Origin: Girardia tigrina
Lineage: Eukaryota
DNA length: 51,397 nucleotides
Direction: 5' to 3'
Assembly (NCBI GenBank): GCA_001938485.1
Contig: MQRK01239985.1
Coordinates: 1 to 51,397, forward strand
Shown: one piece after another, positions 1 to 13,073 of the stretch
Numbering within the stretch: the first letter of the stretch is position 1
Layout: each line of letters opens with the position of its first letter
Notes under the pieces: model-generated
What the model was told of the DNA's origin: nothing
Database searches by the model: none
What the model saw: only the letters and a program-made list of their open reading frames with translations
Program-made: the position numbers and the translations under genes

Positions 1-16
1 ATATATATATATATAT
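1..16. repeat. (AT)n microsatellite, cut by the window edge
   Basis: Pure AT dinucleotide run. Confidence 0.9.
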
Positions 17-355
17 CTTGATAAGTCATTTATTGGAACACAATTACAATGCAATAAATAAATTTCTTCTACCTTATAATTTATCTTTGATGTAGTTTGC
101 TATTATAACATGCGTACTGCGCAGCATAGTTTACTCTTTGTTATTTGGATCCATTCAAGTTTTCTTTTTTATATTCAGTTAATTAAATTGCGTATACGTA
201 ATGCACGCTACAAAATGTTTAGTGTATTATCTTGTTTTAAATGTAAAAAATGAAGTCACTTTTAAATCAAATTAAAATATATTCTAGAAATTTCAGCAAT
301 AGTATAAAAGCAAACAGATTTATTTGGACGATGAACCTACTTTCATCTTCAAAAC

Positions 356-1262
356 CAGTGTTTCCCAACGTGTAACGTACGCCCCAAGGAAGGGTAATTC
401 GGTTTTTAAGAGGAGAAATTTTGAAAGTTGACTCATTTAAAAATGAACATACAATTTTTTATGCTGATTTAAGCTGTGTTTTCTTTGCCGCCGTCGACAC
501 AATGTAATGAAGTCTTATAGTTGCCGATATCATTAATACATTAACATAGCAGCAGCCGCCGCCGTCCGGCAGATTTAATAACATTATCATGCCGATATCT
601 GCTGCTGCGGACGGTATAAAAAAGCACAGCTTTATGATTATAATTTAATAATAAATTTATATGAGGAAATATAATACAAGAATTGTTGGATATAAAATAA
701 TACAAGAATTTAAAATATATGAGGAATTAGTTTAAATTTGAATTTCACCAAAATAGTTTATTATTTTTTTATTTGAAAATTTTAAAAAGGTAAATTAAAA
801 ATTAAAAAGTAAAGTAAAATATCATAAAAATTAAATACTTTTTTAAAATATACTTACAGTCATAATAATTGATATATTTTAATAAAAGTTGTGAAATAAG
901 TTTAAATAAATTTTAAAATAGGTAATTAACATATTAATATTTAAGAAATAATTTTTTAATAAAATGCTTATAATAAATTTAAATTAATTAGTTTTTATGA
1001 TAAAATTTCATAAAAAATAAAATTATTTTAAAGTTTAAAATTTAGCGAATATTCAAAATTTAATCAGAAAAAATGTAATAGATTAATTTTGGACCAAATA
1101 ATTGAATTAACAATAAATTTGTTTAAACATGTGAATTATTATTTTTTATATCCAAATTTATGTATAATTATATTCTTGAGAAAGAAAGGGGAAGTGGATG
1201 GGGCAATAACAATTTTTAGTAGACTTGTGTGGGGAGTGGCACAAAAAAGTTAGGAAACACTG
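356..1262. mobile_element. Non-autonomous hAT (Buster/Charlie-like) element
   Basis: TIRs CAGTGTTTCCCAAC...GTTAGGAAACACTG; 8-bp TSD TTCAAAAC (348-355) / TTCTAAAC (1263-1270); no coding capacity. Confidence 0.85.
472..631. mobile_element. PIF/Harbinger-type MITE nested in the hAT element
   Basis: Imperfect ~22-bp TIRs AGCTGTGTTTTCTTTGCCGCCGTC / GACGGTATAAAAAAGCACAGCT; 3-bp TTA TSD at 469-471 and 632-634. Confidence 0.7.
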
Positions 1263-2293
1263 TTCTAAACAGAAGTAGAAGAAGCAAGCACTTCTCAATC
1301 GTAATCCTCACATTATATTGTCTTTGAATCTGCCTCCGATTCTTCACCGGAGACTTCAATCTCTTCTTTTGAGTCAGCTTTTTCTGACATCAAATTCAAA
1401 TACAAAAGAGCAACCACTACAACAGCGAGTTTACTAGTACTGAAAAACAACATTTGTCTACATAAGTACATAAAGTTCTTGCAACCATTGCTGACCGGGT
1501 CATGATATGTTATTTTGAAAACTTAAATATGATTAGATGAATCCCATTTATTGTTTAAACATGATTTATAATGCTTTATTAACAATACTTTGGCAACAAT
1601 CATTTCATTATTTGAGTGAAACTTATTTTAAAATACTTTTAAATCTTTATTATGACCACTTTGATTTTACACATTTTTAATATGACTTGAAATCTTTATA
1701 TATTTTTATATATAATATATTTTAAGAAAGCTAGTATGTAAATGTATAAAACTGGCTAAATTTAAGGCGTAAATTTTTAATTATAAATTTCGGTGTTTAA
1801 TCTCAACTTGGCCGACCGAGTTTGAGCTGTGAAACTATAATTATTGAAGGCAGCGGTAGTTTAATCAAAGAGATTTTCATGTTTCAATTATTCATCAAGA
1901 TTTGAAGAATTACAATTATATAATTATTCCTCTTCTATAAGTTCTCAAACGGATACGCTTTGTATGAACAACGATCTCTGCACTAAAACTCAAGTTATTC
2001 AAAATAATCTTATTAAGAGTACAAATAATATTAATAATTTGTATAATATTGTTTCCCAATAATGGAAAGTATAAAATATGTTTGAAATTTATTTAACTGA
2101 TTTTTATAATTTTTCTTCGTTAGATATTAGTTTCGAAAATGATTATTATTTTTTAAAAAAAACGTGAGCGATGTCTCTTTTTAATTCATTTTTTTTGTAA
2201 AAGTTTTTTCCCTTTGAAATATTTGCAGGTTACAAAACAGTAAACTTTTAATCATAACAGTTAAACTAAAAGATATATCCTTGTTTTCCTTAA

Positions 2294-2363
2294 CCATTTC
2301 GGCCCTAAACACAAATATTCTATAATTTTGTGGAACATATATGTACCGCTAGGACCGAAAGGG
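2294..2363. mobile_element. Tiny (70 bp) piggyBac-type MITE
   Basis: TTAA on both sides (2290-2293, 2364-2367); TIRs CCATTTCGGCCCTA / TAGGACCGAAAGGG. Confidence 0.75.
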
Positions 2364-4361
2364 TTAAGACACATTTCGAATATCTGATTATTCTTTTTAT
2401 TGTTTACTGATTTTATAAATACGTTGCATAATAAAATTTATACAAAAAACGCTAAGGAAAACGTTCTTAACTTCAACACAAGTCTCAATCAAAGCTTCAT
2501 TCCATTGTTTTCCTTTATCATCCACTTATTTACGTATGCAAAGCTTTCCAAAATTTAAATTTACAGATTTCTGAACAAACGTACAAATGATTACTGATAA
2601 ACTAAATTTTGAAAAGAAATTTTAGTTCTAACAAAATATTTAGAGTTTAAAAATTATATGAAACAATTTTCTAAAAACTCTCAACAAAGTTGTAGAGAGT
2701 GCAGTTTGAACGTTAATTTTGGGGTCCAAAGATCTTATAAATAACGCTTCACATGTCACTCTCTCCAAATAAGTTTTAAATTGAGTGCACAGAATTTTAA
2801 AGTGTTGTGAAGTTATATCTCCTTCACAATGTCTTCTATGTCCTGCAATGTTACTTCCACCTTCACTTGGCGCAAATCGTTATAATGAAAAAATTTGATT
2901 AGGGGATTCTACATGAGTCGAATGGAAAACAGAAATAAAGCGTTTGGATGCTTGCTGTATGATGCTTTCTTATTATAAATGGGATTACTTTTTTGAATCA
3001 AACCGTTCCTATTGAGGAAACTTGGATCTCCTATGAAAATTGCAAAGATTTAGCAAGCTGAATTGACATGAATAAAATATTAAAACACAAATAAAATATC
3101 AAAACCTAAAGCAAAACATTAATCAAATGAAGCTAATTGAGAATATTTGGAAGTCTGACGCAGGTGAAATCCATTATGATTTCACGAAACATGGTTCGTC
3201 GATCATAGCAGATGTGTAATTCAACCAGTTGGAAGATTTGATGGTGAAACTAAATAACAAACAGCCTTGTTTGATAAAAAAGTCGACTCCCATCTTGCTC
3301 CACGACATTTCAAAACCACATAATACGCCTAAGACCATGATAAAATACGGGAACTTGAGTTGGAATTTAAGCATCATCTTCCTTACTCACTACATAAAGC
3401 TTAACTGAATACCACTTCTTTCTCAATTTGTACAATTTTTTGATATGAAAAAAATCCATTCCGAAGATTCAGTAAAAATAGCCTTCCAAGAATTTATAGA
3501 TTCTCGTCCTCAAAGTTTTATTCAAGTGGCCTATAAAAGCTCCAGTTCCAATGGCTTTAGTATGTCAATAATATGGTTGAATACTTTGATTAATGACATA
3601 AATATTTGTATTGGTAATGTTAGGGGTTTTGGTAAACTTAAAATTTTTGAATAATTAATTTTTAATATCATATTTATAATTAAATAAGTTCAAATAATTT
3701 ATTTACATAAATTTTTTTTAAAAAAATATAAATATTTTGGATTACCAAAAATTGTAATTAAATTTTTAATTTATTGTCCTAGACTTTTTAAAATTAATAT
3801 TCCAGAGTATCAACAATTTTAATTAAATTTAATTTGTAGAATAAAAAATCATAATGTTTTATTACAATTAATTGTAAACTAGAAGTTATATTAAAAAATA
3901 ATTTAAAATTGAATGTTTTAAAAATTAACGAAGAATAAAAAATATTTAAGAATTTAATTTTAACAGTAGATGTACCATTCAAATATTTTAAAGATTTAAA
4001 GTTATATTTAAGTTAAATAGTTTTATAATAAATAATATTGAAATAAAAACATCAAAATAATTTAAAATTAATAGAAATTGTTGTAATTTAACTAAAATAC
4101 GTTTTAAAAAAGATATAAAATAAAAAAATCAATTTTTAAAATAGCGTTTTAATAAATAACTTATAATCCACAATTTTTATGTATACTCTGGTCAAAAGAA
4201 AAAAGAAAAGTTCCTCAAGAAAAAATGTTTAAATAATTGTTATTGTTATACAAATAATGTTTTACGTTAATTAATTCCATTCTATTGGGTTGGCCAAAAA
4301 GTCATTGCGTTTTTTACTAAAATATTTATTATCAAAAAATGACATGGATGCACAAATATTT

Positions 4362-5369
4362 TTACACGATATACTGTCCATTATTTTCAATCACTTTCAT
4401 CCACCTTTCAGGTAGCTTCATTATTCCTGATTCATAAAAACCTTTGCCTTTGTCAGCAAAAAAGCCGTCTAGGAACGATTTGATGTCATCATCACTGGCG
4501 AATGTTTTTCTGTTTAATGAATTCTGCAGTGATCTAAATAAGTGAAAATCCGATGGGGCCAAGTCTGGAGAATACGGTTGGTGCGGCAAAACCTCCCAAC
4601 CCAGTGATAAGAGTTTCTGGCGAGTGGTCAAACTTGTATGCAGTCTTGCGTTATCATGCTGAATTACAATTCCTTTTCGATTTACCAATTCAGGACGTTC
4701 CTGTTGAATTGAATGAGTCAATTTCTCCAGCTGACCACAATATCTGTCTGAATTGATGGTTTCATTCTTCGGAAGGAGTTCAAAAAACACAATTCCTTTA
4801 AAATCCCACCAGACGGAAAGCACAACCTTCTTTTGGTGAATTTCTGATTTTGGGATCGTTTTGGCAGGCTCACCAAGTTTTGTCCATGATCGTCGGTGTT
4901 CCACATTGTTGTTAACAATCCATTTTTCGTCACCCGTAATCAAGCGCTTCAAAAATGGATCACTTTGTTCTCGCTTCAAAAGGGAATCGCAAATGTCTAT
5001 ACGTTTCACCAAATGANNNNNNNNNNNNNNNNNNNNNNNNNNNNNNNNNNNNNNNNNNNNNNNNNNNNNNNNNNNNNNNNNNNNNNNNNNNNNNNNNNNN
5101 NNNNNNNNNNNNNNNNNNNNNNNNNNNNNNNNNNNNNNNNNNNNNNNNNNNNNNNNNNNNNNNNNNNNNNNNNNNNNNNNNNNNNNNNNNNNNNTTCAGA
5201 TGAAATTTTTCAGAACGAAATTTAGAAAACCAGTATTGACACTGTCGAAGTTTTAAGGAGTCACTACCATATACAAAATATATCTTCTTATGAGCTTGCA
5301 CAGTGGTTTTCCCATGTGGCGAAAATAATGCAACAAAACATGACGAATATGCTCATTTTGATTTTCCAT
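4362..5369 (-). pseudogene. Mariner transposase: catalytic domain open, N-terminus frameshifted, middle in an assembly gap
   Basis: ITGDEKW, QHDNARLH, YSPDLAPSDFHLF motifs; ATG at 5369 (MENQNEHIRH...) is out of frame with the downstream HTH, with a frameshift near 5315. Confidence 0.92.
5017..5194. other. Assembly gap (N run)
   Basis: 178 N characters. Confidence 1.
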
Positions 5370-6828
5370 TTCGAATTGACGGTAAAGTAATAAATTAAAA
5401 CAAAATCAATTAATATTTTGTATAAACATAGTCTAAAAATTAAGGTTTCAGAATATTTAATTGAATTTAAATTTTATCACATCGTTTTATATTTTCAAGC
5501 TTTTTATTAGGACGTACTCAAAAACGCAATGACTTTTTGGCCAACCTAATAGACCAAGAACCCGATAGGTAAATTATCAGTAAACCTTGACTTGAGTTCT
5601 ACAAATTTCATACTTGATAACCTAATACAAATAAATGTTTAGATTCAAAATTTTAAATTATAAAACAAGTTCATCTTTGCAAACAAATCTATAAAAACAT
5701 TCATAATGGGTTAAATTATAAATTAGTATAAATAATTTAAAGATTTCCTAAAAACATTCTCAAAAAATAATGAAGGAAGAGTTTAAATTAAACCTAATGT
5801 TTGAAATGAGAAATTTATCACTCATATTATTAAATCCACATTTAAGTATTTCTTAGAATAAATACCCGGAAAAGATTGAAATAATTACAAGAATTAATTG
5901 AAATAAACAATTAAAAATCGATTTAAAGTGATACTTACATTAAAAATGATTTCAATTGAAATTTCAATGATTATAATTATATATTTTGTATTATATTTAA
6001 AAGAAATTTGCCTCATTCTTTTATTCGCTTTTTTAATATTTTTAATGGTTTCTATTTCTTCTTTAGTTACTTTACCAAATATTTCTGACATTTATGCAAA
6101 TATTGTCTTTCAATGTTTGCTCCACTTGATCTTCCTATATATTCAGTATTCCAAACTTGATTCGTATCAAAGAGAATAAAATTAACAAAAATATAAAAAT
6201 TTTCGTCAAAAGTCTGATACATCCATGTAACTGGAAGGCTAGTTCCAAGATTTTAAAACATTTTTAGTTTTTTTTCAATTTTCAAGTTTTTGATGATGTT
6301 TAGTAGAATACAAAAGTTTGTATATTAGTAGTCTACCGTAAGAAGCCGTCCTATGTCATTCGTGTCTACTGCAGGGAAATCGACTTGAGAATATATTTTA
6401 CATAAATCATTTATTTCCTGTGGTATTGCTCCAAACGAAAGAAAAGTCATCGAAGATTTTATTAATAAAATACTTACAGACGTAAGTAATACTTACATAA
6501 CGTAAAAACTATTTTACGTTACAACACTTCCAAAGACTATGAGATAAAAGCATCAGACAACGGGCAACTTCCTAATAATATGAACCACTGATTCAGACAG
6601 AAGTGACGCTGAAAATAGAGGATAAATCTACAATTTAATCGTCAATATTTGATCTTACTAAAATTTATATTTTTACTTGTTTCTTATATGTGTACAGTTT
6701 GGATTTGTTTTATTCTTTTAATTATAAATTTGACTTTTGACAATTTAACTTTGTAAGAAACATTTGAACTGTTATTATAGCAAAACTATGCAATGATGTG
6801 CATATATTATCATAATTACTGTCATAAA

Positions 6829-6831
<3 letters not shown>

Positions 6832-6871
<40 letters not shown>

Positions 6872-6873
6872 TA
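6832..6873. repeat. (TA)n microsatellite
   Basis: Direct observation. Confidence 0.95.
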
Positions 6874-8773
6874 AGATTGAATTAAAAAACTGTATCCCGT
6901 AGAGAACAAAATCACGATGAAAAAAATTTTAAAAAACTCATGAATTGAAAATAAATGAAAATATTTCTTTTTTTATACATTATAAAAGTATTTTTATTCA
7001 TTTTATTTTTAGTGGAGTTGTTAACTTCTCCAAAATAAAGTTAAAATTAGTAATTTTTACTTAGACTTAATAAAATTTACATAAATAATGTCTGAAATAT
7101 TTGGTAAAACAAGTTATTAATTACAGATTCAAAATAAAAACCATTAGTAATATTAAAAAATAAATGATAGAAACAGGAAAATTTTTTTAAAAGATTATTA
7201 TTATTTTAAACAATAAAAAAATTTTGGTTGGCAAGAAAATTAGCTCAATATTTTTTGGTAAAATATTACGAAATAGAATTTGATAATTATAGTGCTTGAT
7301 TACAGAGTTGTTTCAGTTTTGTGGCTGTGGCTCAGCGGCACTTGTTAGGTCGCGGATGAATAACTCACCGTGCTTTGCGTTGACAATAAAATGACAAACG
7401 CAACCACGTCACGACTGCTGAAAGAGTTTCTGATGTCATCGATAGATATTTTAAATTAGACTCAACAAGACTGATAGGAAACGATATCTTGAACGGTATC
7501 AACCATTTGACATATTTATTCAAACTCATTATTGACATGATAATAATGAACAGTAATTAAATTAATGATCGATTGAAAATTCAGATCACTTGAATTTCTA
7601 ATGATTCGTTTATGGTTTATAAACGTTTCTGTAATAATGTTAAATATTCGTAATTAAATTTGTTTAAATAAATGATAAAAAACAGAAGTTGAATTTTTGT
7701 GTTGTACTTAAATAAACTTTCTTGTTCTATTTATGGTGAAACTACAGTTTCTTTTAATATTCGAATATTTTATGTTTTATTTTTCTGATAAAAAGAGATT
7801 TCAAGTTATACTTGATTTAATTCATAATACAAAATGAATCTGTCTTTTTATTGTTATAATTCTTCCTCGACTTGTTTAATAAATATTCCATTGTCAATTT
7901 ATTTTGTATTTCCGTTCAAAACTCATTTTAAATTTGAATTTTCTAACAAATTTGTTTCGTAAAAATTTATTTGATTCAAAATTCTTTCACAACAAAATTT
8001 GCTAATTCTAGTTTACACAATTTCATTACAGTCAACAACTTCAATTATAATTCTCGCCATAAAATTTTGATTCACAAAATAAGAACGATTTTAATTAAAC
8101 TGATGGTACAAAATTTCATTCGTAAAAGTTATTCATGTCATGTACAACAATGTTCCAAATGTCTAAAATAATCAAAACTAAAACAAATTGTTTTCATAAT
8201 ACATCAGTTTCATTTATTAGAAAAACCTCAAGGTCATTTAAATTTTTTATAAAGAAAATTTTTTCTTTAAAAAATTAAATTTTTTATTAATGTTATTCAA
8301 TAATTTTTTTTCGGTTAGATAAAATAGCAAATAGAGAAATATTCGAATGCCTCTTTTCCCGTTGCACTAAAAGCACTTATACAGCCAAGTAATCATGATT
8401 GATCATTTTTTATAGACGAACCGTTCCCTGAACACCCAAACTTATGCATCCAAATTCTGATGAGAGGATCAGAAACTCTTTTATTTTTTGAAGTTTCCAA
8501 CTGATACGGAGTCCATGATTCTCTATCATGTATGTCAATGCTGAGTATCATAATTTACTCTGTAAGCAGTGTTACGTCATAGTCACAGAGACATAACTGG
8601 AATAAAATTCAAAATTTCAGATCTTTCGATTAAATCTGAAATCGAAATTCGACCGCAAATTTATTTTATTCAAGGTCTGGATACTTTTTACACTACTGAA
8701 TAAAACAATAGTATTCTTTACGATTTTTTTGTTATTATCACTGTGAGGAATATTTTCGAAGGGGGTTAATTGA

Positions 8774-9939
8774 GGTTCCATGACAATTCGACGCAAAACA
8801 ATTCGACATAGACAATTCGACACAAATTTTTCAATTCGACACATTTTTTTAATTGGACAATTTCAATGACATTTTTTGAAATACGATTTTTTCAATAACT
8901 ATATTTTTAGTTAGACTAATGAGTTTTTCTGTATTTAATATGAAAAATTATCAATTTATTATGAAAAAAATAAATTTTTATAAAAAATATGTATTTAATA
9001 TGAAAAAATATGTGTTTAATATAAAAATATCAATTTAATATGACTAATGATCTTAACAGAGTTTTGGCATTTGGTGACAGAGACATGTTACTTAAACTTT
9101 ACAACGACTTCATTTATGGTAATAGAACAATTGACAAGTCACCTGACATATTTTATCTTAGGCTAAAATCACTTTATACCTTGGCTTTTGTACCTGATAC
9201 TGATGTCAGGAATGTTTTTGATATTCTTGCTGCAACATTCCCTGATGAGGATAGGTACAATGAAATTCTCACATATTTCTTATCAACTTATATTGAGGGT
9301 GCTCTAGGTAGAGCTCCTCAGTTTCAAATAAGATGCTGGAACCATTTCGATTCTGCTGGTGAGCAAACACCAGAAACTACAAATTGTTGCGAAGGTTTCC
9401 ACAATGCTCTTAATACCATATTTCACTGTAGCAACCCGGTATTTGGACCTTGCTTGATTGACTTGGAAGAGATACAGCTTGTCACAGACTGACTTTGGCA
9501 AATGCTCTGTCAGGTCGTTCAGAGGTTGTAAAGAAAACATATTTATCATTGAGTGAGGCTATTGCAATGGCTGTGCAAGATTACAATTTGAATGCATCGA
9601 ATGTTGATAAACTGAAATACCTGCGTTGGCTAGCTAATTTGCAATGAATAAAATGCTAAAAATTAACTTTAACTGTGTCGAATGAAAAATGTGTCGAATG
9701 AAAAATATGTGGAATTAACAAATATGTGGAATTAACAATTATGTCGAATTAACAAATATGTCGAATTAATAAATTTGTCGAATTAAAAAAATTGTGTCGT
9801 CTTATTGTCGAAATAACTTTTACTTTATAATTTTAATTACTTTTTAATTTGTGTCGAATTGTCTTACTATGTCGAATGAAAAATATGTCGAATTAATAAA
9901 TGTGTCGAATTAATAAATCTGTCGAATTGTCTGGTTACC
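8774..9939 (+). mobile_element. Internally deleted MULE/Mutator element with subterminal tandem repeats (Phantom-like architecture)
   Basis: Termini GGTTCCATGACAATTCGAC / GTCGAATTGTCTGGTTACC; many AATTCGACA / TGTCGAATT subterminal repeats; 9-bp imperfect TSD GTTAATTGA / GTTTATTGT; ORF 9040-9492 has YGNRTIDKSPDIFY (first-D region) fused to LAFVP...WNHF...TTNCCEGFHN. Confidence 0.85.
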
Positions 9940-12696
9940 GTTTATTGTTTGTTGTATTTGGTATATTGTTTTTAGTATTTTGTTTCTCCATACCAGATGG
10001 AAGATTGATATTTTAAATGTTTAAAAGCTTTGGATTATTCGGAAAATTTTTAAATCTAAAAAAAAAAAATTAAATAAATATATTTTAATCAAAATATTTT
10101 TAATTTTTTTGAAATGGATTTAACATATTTTAATAGTATATTATAACATTAAGATTTATTTAATCATAAATAATATAATTAAAATTAATTAAAATAGTTT
10201 TGCAAATAATTTTAAATTATTTTAGTAAGGAATTGTAATTTTGGTTTGTTGGAATAATTAGACGTTTGTAAATATCATTAAAATTATCAATCTAGAACGA
10301 TGTCTAATGAAGAAAGTTTTGTGGAGAATTGTCCAGTTGGCCTTTCGAGTTGTGACGTAAATAAGAGTATTGTAGATCACATTACCGTTCGATAATAAAG
10401 AATTCAAATTGTTTCTTGAAAAACTCTAAACAAAATTTTCGTCATTTGACATCGAACTAAATTGATAAAATTTTAGAATAAATCGCTATAAAATAATTAT
10501 TTGAACAAAAAATTATATTTTAGACAATTAAAATTATTTTAATTATTTCATTTTAAAACTTTCAAATGATCGATTTAGTATTTTTTTAAACTTTACTTTA
10601 AATTATTGTATTTGTTCAATCGATTTAAAAAATTTAGTTTAAACTTTTTCACTTTAAAAATGTTAATAATTTCCTTTTGATAATTTAAATTTTCAATATC
10701 ATAAGTTTCTATTAAAAATTTAAATCATGCTCGAACAATTCCTCACCACAAACATCCGAAATACACATTTTCATCTGCGTGGGAGAAACACATTCCTAAA
10801 CACCAGATATAAATGCTCATCACTGCACTCATTTACTTCTGTTAGTCTAATTAACCTGATTTTGATATTTAAATTATATATATTAAATAACGACAAATTT
10901 ATTTAACCACAAATTTGTAATGAAACTAAAATATTACGTCTGTTTATTGATGTAAGGATTAAAAATTGAATCTTTAATTTATTTCAATTGAATTACGAAG
11001 AATTTTATTTAGATATTTTAAATCTGATTTCAAAAAGGTTTATTTCTTAAGTTGAGACAGTTTGTCTAAAGGTCTTAGAGTGTAAACGATAGTCCTGGAA
11101 AGACAACCAGATTTATATAATATGAACTCCTTTTGCTCTTTTCTTCCTAACAATAATACGATATTTAGCATCACAGCAGTACATAGTCACTAGACTTAAT
11201 TTTTTCTTAATTTTTCAAGTTGATAAAAATAATTATAATTATCTTGTAGATACATAATATATTTTAGAAATAATTAAAAATTTGAATTTAATTTATTAAA
11301 TAAATATTGGGTAGTGTATATATAATAATACAATGTTCCTATGGTCATGAAACGGCTATTTTTACATATTTGGAATCCACTTGTTACCACGAACATATTG
11401 ATATATTTCGTTGGGGTCTAAAAATGTAATATCATATAATTATAACGCAATATAATGTCATTTAAAAAAGGGAAGAGGAAAGATAAAAAATCCATTATAT
11501 GTAAAATAAATCGGCCAAATATTAATTCGGGGTATTTTAATGAAAAAAATAATATTTATTAAGGTATTACAAAATAAGCTGGAGATTACATAATATTAAA
11601 TTTTCTCATTTTTTGACAAATTATCACAAAAAAATCATATTATACAAATAAATTATATTTCAGAATTGAAGACCAATTGTTTGAAATACATGACGAATTC
11701 TTGAATATAAATTACTTGAATATAAAATTAAAATACTTATTTATTGCCGAAATTAAAAATTATAATTACTTACTGTAAAGAACACTAACTTGAGTATAAA
11801 ATTTATTAAATAAAATATTGATCAGGGTTTGATAACCCATTAAACTTGGAAATCATCGCTAAAACCATATAAAACCATTCTATAATATGCCCTGGGGTCA
11901 GTATATGCAATTCAATATGACCTTACGATTGCATATTCAGGTGAATTAATGACATATGAAATCACAGGAATATGAACTCTACTGATGTCATGAGATGTGA
12001 CATCATTGAAGTTCAATATTATTGAATGTGGTGAGGAAGGACATCACCACACTTACCGTTAAGACTTTTTCCTGAGATCATTAAATATCAAATATTGAAG
12101 ATCAGATCACGGAGAACAGAATCCAGGGCCATTCAATCTGTAGAAATAAAAATACTATCCTTTTATCAATTAGATAATAAATCTAGAACTACTTATACAA
12201 CACATTTTCCTTATCAGTTGCATTTCTATTAGTTCGAATAATTGTTTGAATATTCACACATCGTGGACATTGTAACTTGAGTAACTATATTTTGATTCAA
12301 CAGTTATCTCACATTTCTCCTTTCTTTTTTGTGGTATTATTATATTTACCTTTCTTTATTGTAAATATAATTAGTTGAATTAGATTGTAATTTTTTGATG
12401 GAATTGTAATGGAAGAACATTTAATAACTAAATTAATTTTTATTAATTTTAAATCCCGTTTAGTATCATACAGGTATTAGAAGTTCGTTGAGTTTTTCAA
12501 GTTCTATTTTTATATATTATAATTCGAATAACCTTATAGAATATAGTAACATGGACCTTGATCTAGAGAATTGAATCCTCTCCCAGTAAAAAATTTTGAA
12601 TCCAGTCTAATTATATTTTTGTGTATACGAAAGTATTATGTATTCTATGAAGTCTAAAACCATTGTTTATGAACCTAATGTAGATTATTTTCTCTA

Positions 12697-12912
12697 TTAG
12701 TTTGAGATGTTTCTTATCTTCCAAAAGTATTTTTTAATACGATATAGCCTTAAATCCCATGAAAATAAACACCAAACCATCAATTCTAACGAATGAAGTG
12801 AGATAATAATATCAAGATTTGGATTTGTGAATTTCTGAGGCAGAAAACTTGCATAATTTATATTTATATTTGAAGTATCTTTTTGTTTTATAGTTGTAAT
12901 CCAACACTCCAA
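12697..12912 (-). pseudogene. Possible very degraded Tc1/mariner transposase fragment
   Basis: WITT...LHSLELMVWC resembles the region after the first catalytic Asp. Confidence 0.3.
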
Positions 12913-13073
12913 GTCTCTTTAAATATCTCATAAAAATGCATTATAAAACGTTTTTTCCAATTGTTTTAATGCTTTTTTAACTTATGTTTTGGATTTGAGT
13001 AAGTGACAGGTTAAAACGATTTACATATCACGCTATATAGTTAATGATTTTACAAAAGTAACTATAGTGAGAA

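Larger units (their letters stand above)
4285..5549 (-). mobile_element. Relatively young full-length mariner (mellifera-like, DD34D)
   Basis: Near-perfect ~30-bp TIRs TTGGGTTGGCCAAAAAGTCATTGCGTTTTT / AAAAACGCAATGACTTTTTGGCCAACCTAA; TA TSDs at 4283-4284 and 5550-5551. Confidence 0.95.
3618..5567. mobile_element. Solo-LTR-like insertion (~0.68 kb without the nested mariner)
   Basis: Starts TGTTAGGGGTTTTGGT, ends ACCAAGAACCCGATA (imperfect terminal inverted repeat); 5-bp TSD GGTAA at 3613-3617 and 5568-5572. Confidence 0.6.
2780..5625 (+). mobile_element. Old degraded mariner (cecropia/SETMAR-like), split near its 3' end by the 3618-5567 insertion; left boundary approximate
   Basis: Broken translation HLAQIVIMKKFD..LHE, LLHD, HHLPYS, KKIHSEDSVKIAFQEFIDSRPQSF; 3' sequence AATGACATAAATATTTGT continues at 5573 as ATTATCAGTAAAC...AAATTTCATACTTGATAACCTAA+TA, collinear with the copy at 22155-23340. 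Confidence 0.75.

Noticed and set aside
4896-5225. Plus-strand ORFs spanning the N run
   Set aside because: Artefacts of Ns masking stop codons; antisense to the mariner transposase
7321-7375. tRNA or tRNA-SINE head (A-box-like TGGCTCAGCGG)
   Set aside because: No B box and no cloverleaf
8455-8480. Hammerhead-like CTGATGAGAGGATCAGAAAC
   Set aside because: No stem II pairing closes directly on GAAA, and I found no stems I or III
12104-12131. 2A-like peptide DHGEQNPGP
   Set aside because: Does not fit D(V/I)ExNPGP and lies in a frame with nearby stops
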